In this document: piece after piece, positions 21,714-31,420 of the stretch
Numbering within the stretch: the first letter of the stretch is position 1
Layout: the number at the start of each line of letters is the position of its first letter
Assembly (NCBI GenBank): GCA_003331605.1
Contig: QOPD01000001.1
Span: forward strand, 19,936-83,935
Direction: 5' to 3'
Source of the DNA: SAR86 cluster bacterium
GTDB lineage: Bacteria > Pseudomonadota > Gammaproteobacteria > Magnimaribacterales > TMED112
Length of the DNA stretch: 64,000 nt
Notes under the pieces: model-generated
The model's input: the letters and a program-made list of their open reading frames with translations, nothing else
The model's database searches: none
What the model was told of the DNA's origin: nothing
Position numbers and translations under genes: made by a program

Positions 21714-22642
21714 TTTAATTTTTTAAAAAAAGAGTAATTGTTAAGTAAATTTAATTTATTCGCTGCCATTAAAAGCCTTTTTAGAAACATTTCAATATCG
21801 TCCTTTCTGTTTAGCAATTTTCCATCTTTAAAGTAATTTATAAATGTTCCAATTATTCGCATAGAACGATGTGCCAGAGCCACATAAATAGATTTCATAA
21901 TATTTTCAGAAAATGCGTAGCCAGCTGATTCCATGTGTTCCTTAAGCAGTGCATTTATCTCTGAATCCTTATAGTCAAAATTATGCTCATACAGCAATGA
22001 GGCTAAATCAATACCTATTGGGGCCATGCATATGTCTTGAAAGTCAATTACGTGAATCCCGTTTTTATAAAATATTAAATTTCGCCGTTCAAAATCTGTA
22101 TGGCAAGGAACATATACTTGAGCAATTAGATGATCAACCAATTCTTTCCTAAACAACTCAAGACTCATGATATCAGCATCATCGGCTTCAATATTAAGGT
22201 AATCGAAAACCTTACAAAACTCTTCAGTTTGATTCAATAAAACATCATAGTTTTGTGCTGGCAGTACATCTTGGGGCACATCGTAAATTTTTTTAAGCTC
22301 TTGCAATGACATTCTTAAAAGTGAATCGTCTGATAAAGGTGCTGTGCCATCGAGAACATCATCGCCAAGATCCTCTAACAGTATAAATCCTAAATTGTCC
22401 GAGAATGCATATACTTCAGGTACCTTTACGCCTGCAGTTTTCAAAATTTTACTTGCATATAAGAAACGAGCTGCGGATTCGGCTTCTGTAGTATTTTCCA
22501 TGACCACATAACTTTTATCGTTAGCTTTTAAACGGTAGTAATTTCTGGTGCTGGCCTCTTTTCTTAGCTGCTCAATATTAAAAATTTGTTGGCCAGTTGA
22601 TTTTTGAGCCCATTCTATAAGTTCTGAACTGATATTACTCAA
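21710..22642 (-). CDS. amgK: Anomeric MurNAc/GlcNAc kinase-like aminoglycoside-phosphotransferase-fold protein
   Basis: APH/choline-kinase fold with catalytic HTDFERRNLIF and VIDFQD. 4-nt overlaps with murU and the upstream SDR. Synteny with lptD. Confidence 0.7.
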   Translation of the reverse strand: MSNISSELIEWAQKSTGQQIFNIEQLRKEASTRNYYRLKANDKSYVVMENTTEAESAARFLYASKILKTAGVKVPEVYAFSDNLGFILLEDLGDDVLDGTAPLSDDSLLRMSLQELKKIYDVPQDVLPAQNYDVLLNQTEEFCKVFDYLNIEADDADIMSLELFRKELVDHLIAQVYVPCHTDFERRNLIFYKNGIHVIDFQDICMAPIGIDLASLLYEHNFDYKDSEINALLKEHMESAGYAFSENIMKSIYVALAHRSMRIIGTFINYFKDGKLLNRKDDIEMFLKRLLMAANKLNLLNNYSFFKKLK

Positions 22643-23496
22643 CTATCTTTAACTACTTTTGGAACTGGATAGGAATCTAGAGGTACAAAAAAGTCTGGCA
22701 TTAAATCATCAAATGGATAATCAGCGTATTTTCTAAAATTCGTTTCTCCATGTTCTGCCAACAAAGTATCATCTATGATGTAATTGCCAGTGAACGAATC
22801 CTTTAATTTATTGAAAATAATATAAGCTGCGTCTGCCATGATTTCCGGGCTTCTTGATTTTTCCATCATCTCATTTCCACCCAAGACATTTTTAACTGCT
22901 GCAGTTTTAATGGCTGTTCTCGGCCATAAGGCATTTACAGCTATTCTGCCTCTAAACTCTGCAGCCATACCAAGCACAAACATACTCATATTGTATTTTG
23001 CAATGGTGTAAGCAACCGAACCTTGAAACCAAATTTCATTCATATCCAAAGGCGGAGAAAGGTTAAGTATATGAGGATTTTCTGCTTTCAATAAATGAGG
23101 AATACAAGTTTTTGATACCAAAAATGTTCCTCGACCATTAATGTTATGCATGAGGTCATACCTTTTCATATCAGTCTCTAAGGTTGGGGTGAGGCTTATG
23201 GCCGATGCATTATTAATACAAATATCAATTCCCCCAAAATTTTCTACAGTCTTAGCTACGCAATCTTGTACACTGGCCTCATCCCTAATGTCACATTGCA
23301 GCGGCAATGCTAATCCTCCAGCATCCTCAATTTCTTGTGCTGCCGTATAAATTGTACCCTCAAGTTTAGGGTGTGGGTCTACTGTCTTTGCTGCAATTGC
23401 TATTCTAGCCCCATCTGCAGCCGCTCTTTTAGCTATTGCAAGGCCTATGCCTCTGCTACCGCCCGATATAAATATTACTTTGCCTTTTAAACTCAT
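22639..23496 (-). CDS. Short-chain dehydrogenase/reductase (HSDL2-like)
   Basis: GGSRGIGLAIA Rossmann motif, Y..AK catalytic motif (YTIAKYNM), and AAKTVDPHPKLEGTIYTAA typical of the HSDL2-like clade. Confidence 0.7.
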   Translation of the reverse strand: MSLKGKVIFISGGSRGIGLAIAKRAAADGARIAIAAKTVDPHPKLEGTIYTAAQEIEDAGGLALPLQCDIRDEASVQDCVAKTVENFGGIDICINNASAISLTPTLETDMKRYDLMHNINGRGTFLVSKTCIPHLLKAENPHILNLSPPLDMNEIWFQGSVAYTIAKYNMSMFVLGMAAEFRGRIAVNALWPRTAIKTAAVKNVLGGNEMMEKSRSPEIMADAAYIIFNKLKDSFTGNYIIDDTLLAEHGETNFRKYADYPFDDLMPDFFVPLDSYPVPKVVKDS

Positions 23497-23557
23497 TGTT
23501 TGAACTTATGGGTTAATTTAATGCTCTAACATCTATAATATCAATCAAAGGTTCAAA

Positions 23558-25462
23558 TTGAAAAAACATTGCATACATTTTATTTTATTGATTGGGGGAT
23601 TACTTTATTCAGAGTGCAACGAATTGGACTCAGAAAGCTCTATTTCGGTTGACTCTGGAAACCTTACAACCGATAGCGGAGTATCAATAAATTTTAAGAC
23701 GGCGCATATTAAAGAGAACATATATACCTTAAAAAATGTTGAGTTTAATACATGTGATACTAGCTCTATATGGAATATTGCTGCGAAAGATGCCGAATAT
23801 AACCAAGAAAGCTCTGAGCTAAAAATTAAAGATGCTCGCATAGAAGTTTTTGATATACCCATATTTTGGGCTGGAAATATTGAAATTGGTGAAAATGAAA
23901 ATATAAATGTCCCTAATTTTGGTATCACAGATTCAGAATTTGATTTAAGTTATAAATTTATAACCAAATCTGATAACTCAAAACTAGAGATTGAACCAAT
24001 ATATACCAACTCAAAATTTGGCTTATCACTTGATTACTCATTCTCAGGAGAAAAAACAAACTCAAGATTACAAACTTTTTTAATAGACGATACTGATAGT
24101 TCGTGGGTCTATCGTCTTAATTCTAAGATTAACATCACTGAAAAACTCCATGCATACATCGATTACAGTGACTTTAGTGGAACCAGCCTGATTCAAAACT
24201 ATGGCTATAAATTTTTGAATATAAAAAGAAGAGCTCTCGATCTAAGACAGAACTATGGGATGAGCTTATTAACAAATAGACGTTTATTTGAAACTGGAAG
24301 AGAATCATTCAAAAACCTTAGTCTGCCTAGACCCATAACACATGATAAAGATTTTTTTAGGTATAAGAGTCTGTATAAATTTGGTCAATGGGATGCAATC
24401 AGGGAAAGTGAGTACTCTAAATTTAGAATACAAAACAATGTTGTTCTGCTTAGAAAAATATTGCCACCCGCTGATGGCGCAGACTTTCCATATCTTGTAA
24501 ATGAAGAGGTTGACAGAAAGAAGAGGAAATTCTCACTGAGTAATAATATGCAAATACAAAGTGGAACTATTGATACAACAATTGAAGGTTACTGGAATGA
24601 ATACACCACTCATTACCAAAATATAAGAGACGATCAACAGATTGCTTCTTATGTGGTAAGACAAATGGTTGGATTACCTAAATATCAGATAAAGTTTGGA
24701 TATATATTTTCAAGTTTTAATAATCAGCATGATAGCCCATTGTTAGATTCATACCCGAAAAAACCATCGCCTGAATCTAACATTAGCACCAATTTATGGG
24801 TTGGAGGCGACAGAAATGCCAATCAAAGAAAAATTTTCATCTTTAAATCAGGCCAATTAGGGTTAACAAATTACTCCTTATCAGCGAATTTATATGAAGA
24901 CTATAATTTTGGTGGCGAAGGAACCACGCTTAATAATTATTTTGATAACAAGCCTCTGTTTTTTTCTTTGCAACATCCCATTGGAAATCTAAATATAGCC
25001 ATGAAGGGCAACTACAGTCTTGAAAGAAATAAGTTTATGGCTGCGGATTTGGCATTGAGCTATTTGGGTGCAACTAGTTTAATATCTCTTGAGAGAAAGC
25101 AGCTTTTAGTTCCAAGCTATCCACTTAATGAGCTTGATAACTATCTTCTAAAATTTAAGCGAGATTTTTCCAATTTTTCGCTTTTTGGACGCACCCAATA
25201 TTCAATTGAAGAGCAAACAATTAATGAAAATATTTTTGGAATTGAATGGGAGCAAAATTGTTTTAGATTGAGACTAGCTTTTGAAAGGGCTAGATTCTTT
25301 CCATTTACTACTCCAAATTACACCAATGGCAGCTATTTAGAGCAAATTTATTTGACTAATCCGATTGTAAAAAATAACCTTACCTTTGAGTTTGAACTTG
25401 TAGGCTTAACAGAAACATTAAAGCCTATAGAAAGATTGATTCAGAATGGCATATTTAATTAG
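23558..25462 (+). CDS. lptD: LPS-assembly outer-membrane protein LptD (short form)
   Basis: Signal peptide, an OstA-like N-terminal region and a long Tyr/Asn/Phe-rich beta-barrel ending in F. Sits directly upstream of surA-pdxA-rsmA. TTG start. Confidence 0.75.
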   Translation: MKKHCIHFILLIGGLLYSECNELDSESSISVDSGNLTTDSGVSINFKTAHIKENIYTLKNVEFNTCDTSSIWNIAAKDAEYNQESSELKIKDARIEVFDIPIFWAGNIEIGENENINVPNFGITDSEFDLSYKFITKSDNSKLEIEPIYTNSKFGLSLDYSFSGEKTNSRLQTFLIDDTDSSWVYRLNSKINITEKLHAYIDYSDFSGTSLIQNYGYKFLNIKRRALDLRQNYGMSLLTNRRLFETGRESFKNLSLPRPITHDKDFFRYKSLYKFGQWDAIRESEYSKFRIQNNVVLLRKILPPADGADFPYLVNEEVDRKKRKFSLSNNMQIQSGTIDTTIEGYWNEYTTHYQNIRDDQQIASYVVRQMVGLPKYQIKFGYIFSSFNNQHDSPLLDSYPKKPSPESNISTNLWVGGDRNANQRKIFIFKSGQLGLTNYSLSANLYEDYNFGGEGTTLNNYFDNKPLFFSLQHPIGNLNIAMKGNYSLERNKFMAADLALSYLGATSLISLERKQLLVPSYPLNELDNYLLKFKRDFSNFSLFGRTQYSIEEQTINENIFGIEWEQNCFRLRLAFERARFFPFTTPNYTNGSYLEQIYLTNPIVKNNLTFEFELVGLTETLKPIERLIQNGIFN

Positions 25463-26690
25463 GTTACTTTCAATTTTATTCGTTGTTATTTCAGTTGAGG
25501 CTGAAGAGCTAGATAGCGTCGCTGTGATTGTGAATGATGGCGTTGTCTTGGAGTCAGATGTTAAGCAAAAAATGTCAGACTTTAAAAAAGATGCTGCTGT
25601 ATCTGGCATAAGGATACCAGCTGATGCTGTCTTAAGAGAAGAAGTTATAGAGGAGCTTATTCTTGAAGAACTACAACTTCAAATAGCCGAACGTGTCGGA
25701 ATTAAAATTAGTGATGAGGAGCTAAACCTTACACTCAAACGTCTTGCACAACAAAATGATATGGATCTTGAAACATTTATTAAGTTCGTAGAAGATCAAG
25801 GTGACTCATATGAAAAAGTTAGAGAAGATGTCAGGAAGTCTTTAAAAATACAAAGAGTTCAGCAAGGGAGAATTCAAAATAAAATATCGATAACAAGAGA
25901 GGAGTTAAATAATTTTCTCAATACAGACGAAGCAAAAACTCAGCTAGGGCCAGAACTCAATGTGAAACAGGTTTTAATTCGTCAAAACTCTAACAAAGAT
26001 ATTTCTCAAGTATTTGAAACAATTAAAACTGAGCTTGCTGATGGTAAAAACAGTTCCGAACTGTTTTCTCTCTATACTGAAGACAATAATTCAGGCGATC
26101 TTGGGTGGCGAAAAATTACTGCTTTTCCTCAAGTTTTCCAGGAACCAATTTCAAAACTAAAAATTGGTGAATTTTCAGAAATCATTCAAACTGGTGCAGG
26201 CCAACATGTGCTCTATCTTGAAAATAAAAGAGGTCCAATGGTGAGTTTCGAGAAGCAATGGAATGTGCGACATATCTTATTAATTCCAAATAGAATCAGA
26301 GATGAAGGTAGTAGTGAAATGTTACTCAACGATATCAGAGATAGAATAATTAATGGAGCATCTTTCGATGAGCTTGCACAAGAATACTCCGATGATCCAG
26401 GCTCTAAACAAGAAGGAGGAAATCTTGGTTGGGCAGGACAAGGTCAATACGCAGCAGAATTTGAAGATAAAATGATAAACTCAGACCTTAATACCTTAAC
26501 AGAACCCTTCCTGACTCAGTTTGGCTGGCACATTCTAGAAGTCTTAGGCGCCAGAGTAGAGGATAAAACAGACGAAAATGTTGCTGACCAAGCTTTTTCT
26601 TATCTATTCAATCGAAAATTCCAAGAAGAGCTTGAAACAGATCTTCAGGAACTCAGAGCAGATGCCTTCATAGAAGTTAAAAACTCTTGA
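25446..26690 (+). CDS. surA: Periplasmic chaperone / PPIase SurA
   Basis: Signal peptide, a SurA N-domain (DSVAVIVNDGVVLESD) and two parvulin domains (second: GGNLGWAG...FGWHILEV). Confidence 0.85.
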   Translation: MAYLIRLLSILFVVISVEAEELDSVAVIVNDGVVLESDVKQKMSDFKKDAAVSGIRIPADAVLREEVIEELILEELQLQIAERVGIKISDEELNLTLKRLAQQNDMDLETFIKFVEDQGDSYEKVREDVRKSLKIQRVQQGRIQNKISITREELNNFLNTDEAKTQLGPELNVKQVLIRQNSNKDISQVFETIKTELADGKNSSELFSLYTEDNNSGDLGWRKITAFPQVFQEPISKLKIGEFSEIIQTGAGQHVLYLENKRGPMVSFEKQWNVRHILLIPNRIRDEGSSEMLLNDIRDRIINGASFDELAQEYSDDPGSKQEGGNLGWAGQGQYAAEFEDKMINSDLNTLTEPFLTQFGWHILEVLGARVEDKTDENVADQAFSYLFNRKFQEELETDLQELRADAFIEVKNS

Positions 26691-27661
26691 AATTCAATCG
26701 CAAAGTAGCTGTAACCTTAGGTGATCCATCAGGCATAGGCCCTGAAGTTTTCCTTAAATCACTTGGAAATAAGACTATTAAAGAAAACCTTGAGAGCATA
26801 TTGGTTGTTTCGGACCCAATAGTACTTAAGAAGCTATCTGGTGATATAAGCCACAACTTAAAACTTCATGACTCAAATGGTTTTTCTAATTTAAAAGCTG
26901 ATTCAATTAATCTTTTTTCAATTAAGGGATGCCGTGATTACAACTTAGGGAGCCCTAACCAAGAAAATGCAAACTATATACTTAGCTGTATAGATAAAGG
27001 CATAGAGATGTGCATAAATGATAACGCTAACCTTGTTACAGGGCCTATTAACAAACTACAGATAGCTAATTATGATAAAAACTTCAATGATCATACCTCA
27101 TATTTAAAAACAACAACTAAAGCAGATAATGTTTTAATGGTGCTTACAAACCCTAAACTCACAGTTGGTTTATTGACAACACACCTGCCTCTAAAAGAAG
27201 TTGCAGATCAGGTAACAAAAAGCAATTTAACCAATGCGATCAAAACTTTTGAACAAGGTTTGTGTGATTACTTTCATATCAAGAAACCTAAAATAGCAGT
27301 TCTAGGATTAAACCCTCATTGTGGTGAAGGTGGAAAATTTGGCAATGAAGAAATAGAAATCTTATCTCCTGCAATTAATGAATTGCGCCTGCAAGGTTTC
27401 GGAGTTGAAGGACCATTTTCAGCGGATACTGCTTTTCTAGATAATAACTTTGATGGAATATTAGCAATGTATCATGATCAGGCATTGCCGGTTATTAAAA
27501 CACTAGATTTCTCAACTACCGTGAACGTTACATTTGGCCTTCCTTTCTTAAGAACTTCGGTTGATCATGGAACAGCTTATGATATTTCTAATAAATTAAT
27601 TGCAAATCCTGCGAGCATGGTAGAAGCTTTAAAAATAGCTGGCTATGGTAAAAAAATTTAA
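26687..27661 (+). CDS. pdxA: 4-hydroxythreonine-4-phosphate dehydrogenase
   Basis: TLGDPSGIGPE, LNPHCGEGG and SVDHGTAYDI motifs. The TTG start overlaps the surA stop. Confidence 0.9.
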   Translation: MKFNRKVAVTLGDPSGIGPEVFLKSLGNKTIKENLESILVVSDPIVLKKLSGDISHNLKLHDSNGFSNLKADSINLFSIKGCRDYNLGSPNQENANYILSCIDKGIEMCINDNANLVTGPINKLQIANYDKNFNDHTSYLKTTTKADNVLMVLTNPKLTVGLLTTHLPLKEVADQVTKSNLTNAIKTFEQGLCDYFHIKKPKIAVLGLNPHCGEGGKFGNEEIEILSPAINELRLQGFGVEGPFSADTAFLDNNFDGILAMYHDQALPVIKTLDFSTTVNVTFGLPFLRTSVDHGTAYDISNKLIANPASMVEALKIAGYGKKI

Positions 27662-28406
27662 GAAATCATTAGGGCAAAATTTTCTTCGTGATGATGTGGT
27701 GCTGGATAAAATATCTTCGTCCATCAGCCTTTTTAACTGCAACAAAATAATTGAGATAGGTCCAGGGGACGGAGTATTAACAAGAAACCTTCTTGCTAAC
27801 AACCTCCCAGTTTCTGTTATTGAATACGATAAAGATTTAATACCCAAGCTAGAGAGTGAATTCTCTCAGTTTCAAAACTTCTCAATTCTAAATGAAGATA
27901 TTTTAAAGGTTGATTTACAACATCTCTGTGATAAAAATTCAGTAATTGTTGGCAATTTGCCCTACAACATTTCATCACAAATTATCTTTAAGCTTCTGGA
28001 ATCAAGAGTTGATTACCAAAGTGCTGTTTTTTTAATCCAAAAAGAACTAGCCCAAAGGTTTTGTACCAATTCAAAAAAAAGCACAAAAATCTCTCTGTTG
28101 GCTCACTTTTTTTCAGATATCGATCAGCTTTTTGATGTTTCCCCTGATGCGTTCATACCTCAACCTAAAGTCACTTCCACTTTGATTCGAATCATGCCTC
28201 ACAAACGAAATTCTAAAAGACTAGAACAATATATAGAATTGAAAAAAATTTTAGAATCATGCTTTGCCAATCCAAGAAAGCAAATTAAGAAATCTCTAAT
28301 TCAGCTTGGTGTATCCTCTGAAAAATTATCATTTAAAAGTAGCTCAAGACCAGATGATCTTGCTCTACAAGATTATTTTGAAATACTAGATATTAGTGAA
28401 AAGTAA
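27645..28406 (+). CDS. rsmA: 16S rRNA (adenine1518/1519-N6)-dimethyltransferase
   Basis: KKSLGQNFL, EIGPGDG and GNLPYNISS motifs. Confidence 0.9.
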   Translation: MVKKFKKSLGQNFLRDDVVLDKISSSISLFNCNKIIEIGPGDGVLTRNLLANNLPVSVIEYDKDLIPKLESEFSQFQNFSILNEDILKVDLQHLCDKNSVIVGNLPYNISSQIIFKLLESRVDYQSAVFLIQKELAQRFCTNSKKSTKISLLAHFFSDIDQLFDVSPDAFIPQPKVTSTLIRIMPHKRNSKRLEQYIELKKILESCFANPRKQIKKSLIQLGVSSEKLSFKSSSRPDDLALQDYFEILDISEK

Positions 28407-29214
28407 ATTTAAGTTTGTTGTTGGAGATATTCAGGGCTGTTACGGAGAGTTCAAGAACCTTCTAAAAATCATTGATCCAAAAAAAGATAATAAGATTTTT
28501 TGTGTTGGTGATCTAGTAAATAGAGGTCCAGAATCGGAAAAGGTGCTCGAATATGTTATGAAACACAATATTAAAAGTGTTTTAGGCAATCATGACCTGC
28601 ATATGATGGCAATGATTCTGGGAGTTCATAAAATAAAGGACAAAAACCATACTTTGCATAAAGTGCTCACTAAAAACAAGAGAGTTGAGGCAGTCGATTA
28701 TTTTATTAAGTTCCCATTTGCTAAAGAGCTTAAGGCAAATGATAAGAAATCACTTGTAGTCCATGCAGGGGTTCTTCCAACATGGAGCCTTCAAGATATC
28801 TATGCTGCCAACGAAGAATTATGTGAACCATTAAAGAAAGATCCAGAGAAATTTTTATCTGATATGTATAGCGATCGGAGAATTGCAATATCAAAATCAA
28901 CGAATAAAAGAAACAGACAGAGGTATCTTGTAAATGTTTTCACCAGAATGAGATTTCTTTCTAGAAAGAATAAGTTGGACCTTAAAACCAAAACAAAAAA
29001 GACCCATAAAGATAAATATCAACCCTGGTTTAATTATCAGCATAAATGCTTAAAAGACATCGATAATATTGTGTTTGGCCATTGGGCTGCAATTAATGGA
29101 GTAACAAATCATTCAAATATTAAAGGAATAGATTTGGGTTGTGTTTGGGGTGGCTCGCTTGCTGCAATTAATCTTTTTGATAATTCAATTATTACCGTTA
29201 ACTCAGAGTCATGA
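28396..29214 (+). CDS. apaH: Symmetrical bis(5'-nucleosyl)-tetraphosphatase
   Basis: Metallophosphatase motifs GDIQGC, GDLVNRGP, GNHD and HAG. Downstream of rsmA, with no apaG present. GTG start. Confidence 0.85.
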   Translation: MKSKFKFVVGDIQGCYGEFKNLLKIIDPKKDNKIFCVGDLVNRGPESEKVLEYVMKHNIKSVLGNHDLHMMAMILGVHKIKDKNHTLHKVLTKNKRVEAVDYFIKFPFAKELKANDKKSLVVHAGVLPTWSLQDIYAANEELCEPLKKDPEKFLSDMYSDRRIAISKSTNKRNRQRYLVNVFTRMRFLSRKNKLDLKTKTKKTHKDKYQPWFNYQHKCLKDIDNIVFGHWAAINGVTNHSNIKGIDLGCVWGGSLAAINLFDNSIITVNSES

Positions 29215-30215
29215 AGATATACAAGGTTGGTGGAGCAGTAAGAGATCATATTATGGGTATAAGACCTAATGATTCTGATTGGGTTGTAGTTGGTTCTACG
29301 CCTGAAGAAATGGAATCTTTAGGATACAAACAAGTTGGGACTGATTTTCCAGTTTTTTTACATCCTGAAACCAATGAAGCGTATGCACTGGCAAGAACTG
29401 AGAAAAAAACTGGCAAAGGCTATTCAGGTTTCTCTGTGCAATATGAAAAGAATATTTCACTTGAAGAAGATTTATTGAGAAGGGATCTAACCATTAATTC
29501 TATTGCAATGAGTGAGAGTGGCCAAATTATAGATCCATACAATGGGGTAAAGGATATTAAAAATAAAATATTAAGACATACTTCAGAAGCCTTTTATGAA
29601 GACCCATTAAGAGCATTAAGATTGGCCCGATTTAAAACAAAATTTAGTGACTTCAGCATACATGAAGAAACAGCCGAAGCATTATTAAAAATATTGTTAT
29701 CTGGAGAAATTAATTATTTAACAAAAGAAAGAGTAGTGCAGGAAATGAAAAAAGGTTTTGAAATAGATGCACTTAAGTACTTACAAAATATAATGCAACT
29801 TAATTTAACATCACCATGGTTTGACAATTTATCTAAGCTTCCTGAAACAGTATCAGATAAGTTTGAATATGCTTGGTGCCAAATATCACAATTGAATGGA
29901 TTTAACTTTGCGCACAGATTGTTAGAAAGCAATGATTTAAAAAAAACTTTGGATGTATGGCAAGAAATGCATAGCTATAGCCAAAAAGCAGAAATTAATG
30001 ACAAAATTCGTTTTTTTCAAAAGATAACATCTCCCAAGTATGAGAAATATTTTTTGAATTTGCTGCCCTACTTTGAACTAACTATGGAATCCTGCAAAAA
30101 GGTTTATGAGGAAATTAAAACTATAGACTTTAGCTATCTTGCAAACCTTGACCCTAATCTCTTATACAATGAAAAAACAAATAGGATAAAAGAAATAGTT
30201 AAAAACAATGAATGA
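29211..30215 (+). CDS. cca: tRNA CCA-adding nucleotidyltransferase (head domain only, no HD domain seen)
   Basis: MKIYKVGGAVRD...DSDWVVVGSTPEEM...FPVFLHPETNEAYALARTE...RRDLTIN aligns with the E. coli Cca N-terminal half. I could not find the HD/HPE..TG phosphohydrolase motifs in the C-terminal 100 aa. Confidence 0.85.
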   Translation: MKIYKVGGAVRDHIMGIRPNDSDWVVVGSTPEEMESLGYKQVGTDFPVFLHPETNEAYALARTEKKTGKGYSGFSVQYEKNISLEEDLLRRDLTINSIAMSESGQIIDPYNGVKDIKNKILRHTSEAFYEDPLRALRLARFKTKFSDFSIHEETAEALLKILLSGEINYLTKERVVQEMKKGFEIDALKYLQNIMQLNLTSPWFDNLSKLPETVSDKFEYAWCQISQLNGFNFAHRLLESNDLKKTLDVWQEMHSYSQKAEINDKIRFFQKITSPKYEKYFLNLLPYFELTMESCKKVYEEIKTIDFSYLANLDPNLLYNEKTNRIKEIVKNNE

Positions 30216-30939
30216 CACAATTTTTATTACTGGAGGCGCTAAACGAATTGGAAAAGCTATTGTTGCACACTTCCATAAAATCGGATGGAATGTAATTTTT
30301 CAATACCGCACCTCTTTAGAAAGTGCCCAATCGATTTCTGAGGAATTGAATGGAATAAGAAGCAACTCATGCTTTGCATATCAAGCTGACCTTGATTCTC
30401 TAGAGGACATTAATAGGCTTTGTAATGATATTAAGGAAAATCATAATAATCTTAAAGCAATTATCAATAATGCTTCTACTTTCTACCCCAAGCCAATAGC
30501 TGAGGTTGATGAAGAGGATTGGGAGTCCTTGATTTCTTCAAATTTAAAAGCACCTATTTTCATTAGCAAGAACTTAGCGGAAGATATAAAGAATAATAAA
30601 GGCGCTATCGTAAACATGGTCGATATCTACGCTGAACAAGGATTGGCTAACTATACGATATATTCTGCTGCTAAGGCAGGCCTTTACAACCTCACTAAAT
30701 CATTAGCTAAAGAGCTGGCTCCAAATGTTACTGTGAATTCCGTTTCGCCAGGAATAATACTTTGGGATGAAACCAACCCTCCAGATGAAGAAAAGCAACA
30801 TAAGATGCTATCTGAGGTTCCTCTAAGAAGAATGGGTAATGAGAGTGACATAGTATCAACAGTAGATTTTCTAGTAACTAAGAATAAGTATATGACTGGA
30901 AGAAATATCAATGTTGATGGAGGCAAATCATTGGGATGA
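30208..30939 (+). CDS. SDR, pteridine/dihydromonapterin reductase-like (FolM/PTR1-like)
   Basis: ITGGAKRIGKAI, NNAS and YSAAKAG motifs. About 240 aa, with the non-classical TGxxxRIG glycine motif seen in pteridine reductases. Substrate not verifiable. Confidence 0.5.
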   Translation: MNDTIFITGGAKRIGKAIVAHFHKIGWNVIFQYRTSLESAQSISEELNGIRSNSCFAYQADLDSLEDINRLCNDIKENHNNLKAIINNASTFYPKPIAEVDEEDWESLISSNLKAPIFISKNLAEDIKNNKGAIVNMVDIYAEQGLANYTIYSAAKAGLYNLTKSLAKELAPNVTVNSVSPGIILWDETNPPDEEKQHKMLSEVPLRRMGNESDIVSTVDFLVTKNKYMTGRNINVDGGKSLG

Positions 30940-31220
30940 ATGAACAAGTAGTTGAGCTTCAGGTAAGAGATAGAAAATTTATTTTTAAGATCCCATATAG
31001 TGATTATCTCCCTTTTAAAGAGGCAGAAAAAAGGGTTATTGAACTAATAGAAGAGATAAACCCTCCTGAGGACAAACTGGATTATGGTTTTGTTTACTGC
31101 GCACTTAAGCTGGCTATCGAAAATAATAAATTGCAAGAAAATACTATTTCTGAAGCTAACGAAACAGAAAAACAGATTCATAATCTCACAGAAAAACTGG
31201 AAATTTTCTTGAATCAGTAA
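30936..31220 (+). CDS. zapA: Cell-division protein ZapA-like
   Basis: 94 aa with a beta N-terminus (VELQVRDRKFIFKIP) and a C-terminal coiled coil. Position immediately upstream of 6S RNA and the 5-FTHF ligase matches the E. coli zapA-ssrS-ygfA order. Confidence 0.6.
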   Translation: MNEQVVELQVRDRKFIFKIPYSDYLPFKEAEKRVIELIEEINPPEDKLDYGFVYCALKLAIENNKLQENTISEANETEKQIHNLTEKLEIFLNQ

Positions 31221-31258
31221 TTAAAAAAATTGAAAAAAAATATTATATTAGTTATATC
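31221..31258 (+). promoter_or_regulatory. Candidate sigma-70 promoter(s) of 6S RNA
   Basis: Option 1: TTAAAA (31221-26), 17 nt, TATATT (31244-49). Option 2: TTGAAA (31230-35), 17 nt, TATATC (31253-58). The first places the TSS at the base of the 6S closing stem. Confidence 0.4.
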
Positions 31259-31420
31259 TGGATCATTTGTTTTCAGAATTTACTCTAGAACCGATAATGT
31301 AAATCTAGGGAAGCAGATTTTACATAGCTGTGCGTTACCAAAAAGGGAAGCCTTACTGTGTTGATGAGCTACCCACCTGACCTAAAGGGTTCAGGGTGAC
31401 TGTTAACTATGATTCAGACC
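31256..31420 (+). ncRNA. ssrS: 6S RNA
   Basis: GGGAAGCCTTACTGTGTTGATGAGCTACCCACCTGACCTAAAGGGTTCAGGGTGACTG closely parallels the E. coli 6S 3' half (GAGAAGCCUUAAAACUG...CACCUUGAACCAAGGGUUCAAGGGUUACAG, recalled). A closing stem forms between TCTGGATCAT (31257-66) and ATGATTCAGA (31409-18). Synteny is zapA-ssrS-ygfA. Ends are +/- about 8 nt. Confidence 0.85.

Noticed and set aside
23499-23555. 7-bp inverted repeat TTTGAAC ... GTTCAAA flanking the whole SDR/lptD divergent spacer
   Set aside because: The arms are short and separated by about 43 nt, and each sits adjacent to a start codon. That is compatible with chance in AT-rich DNA. No further symmetry was seen.
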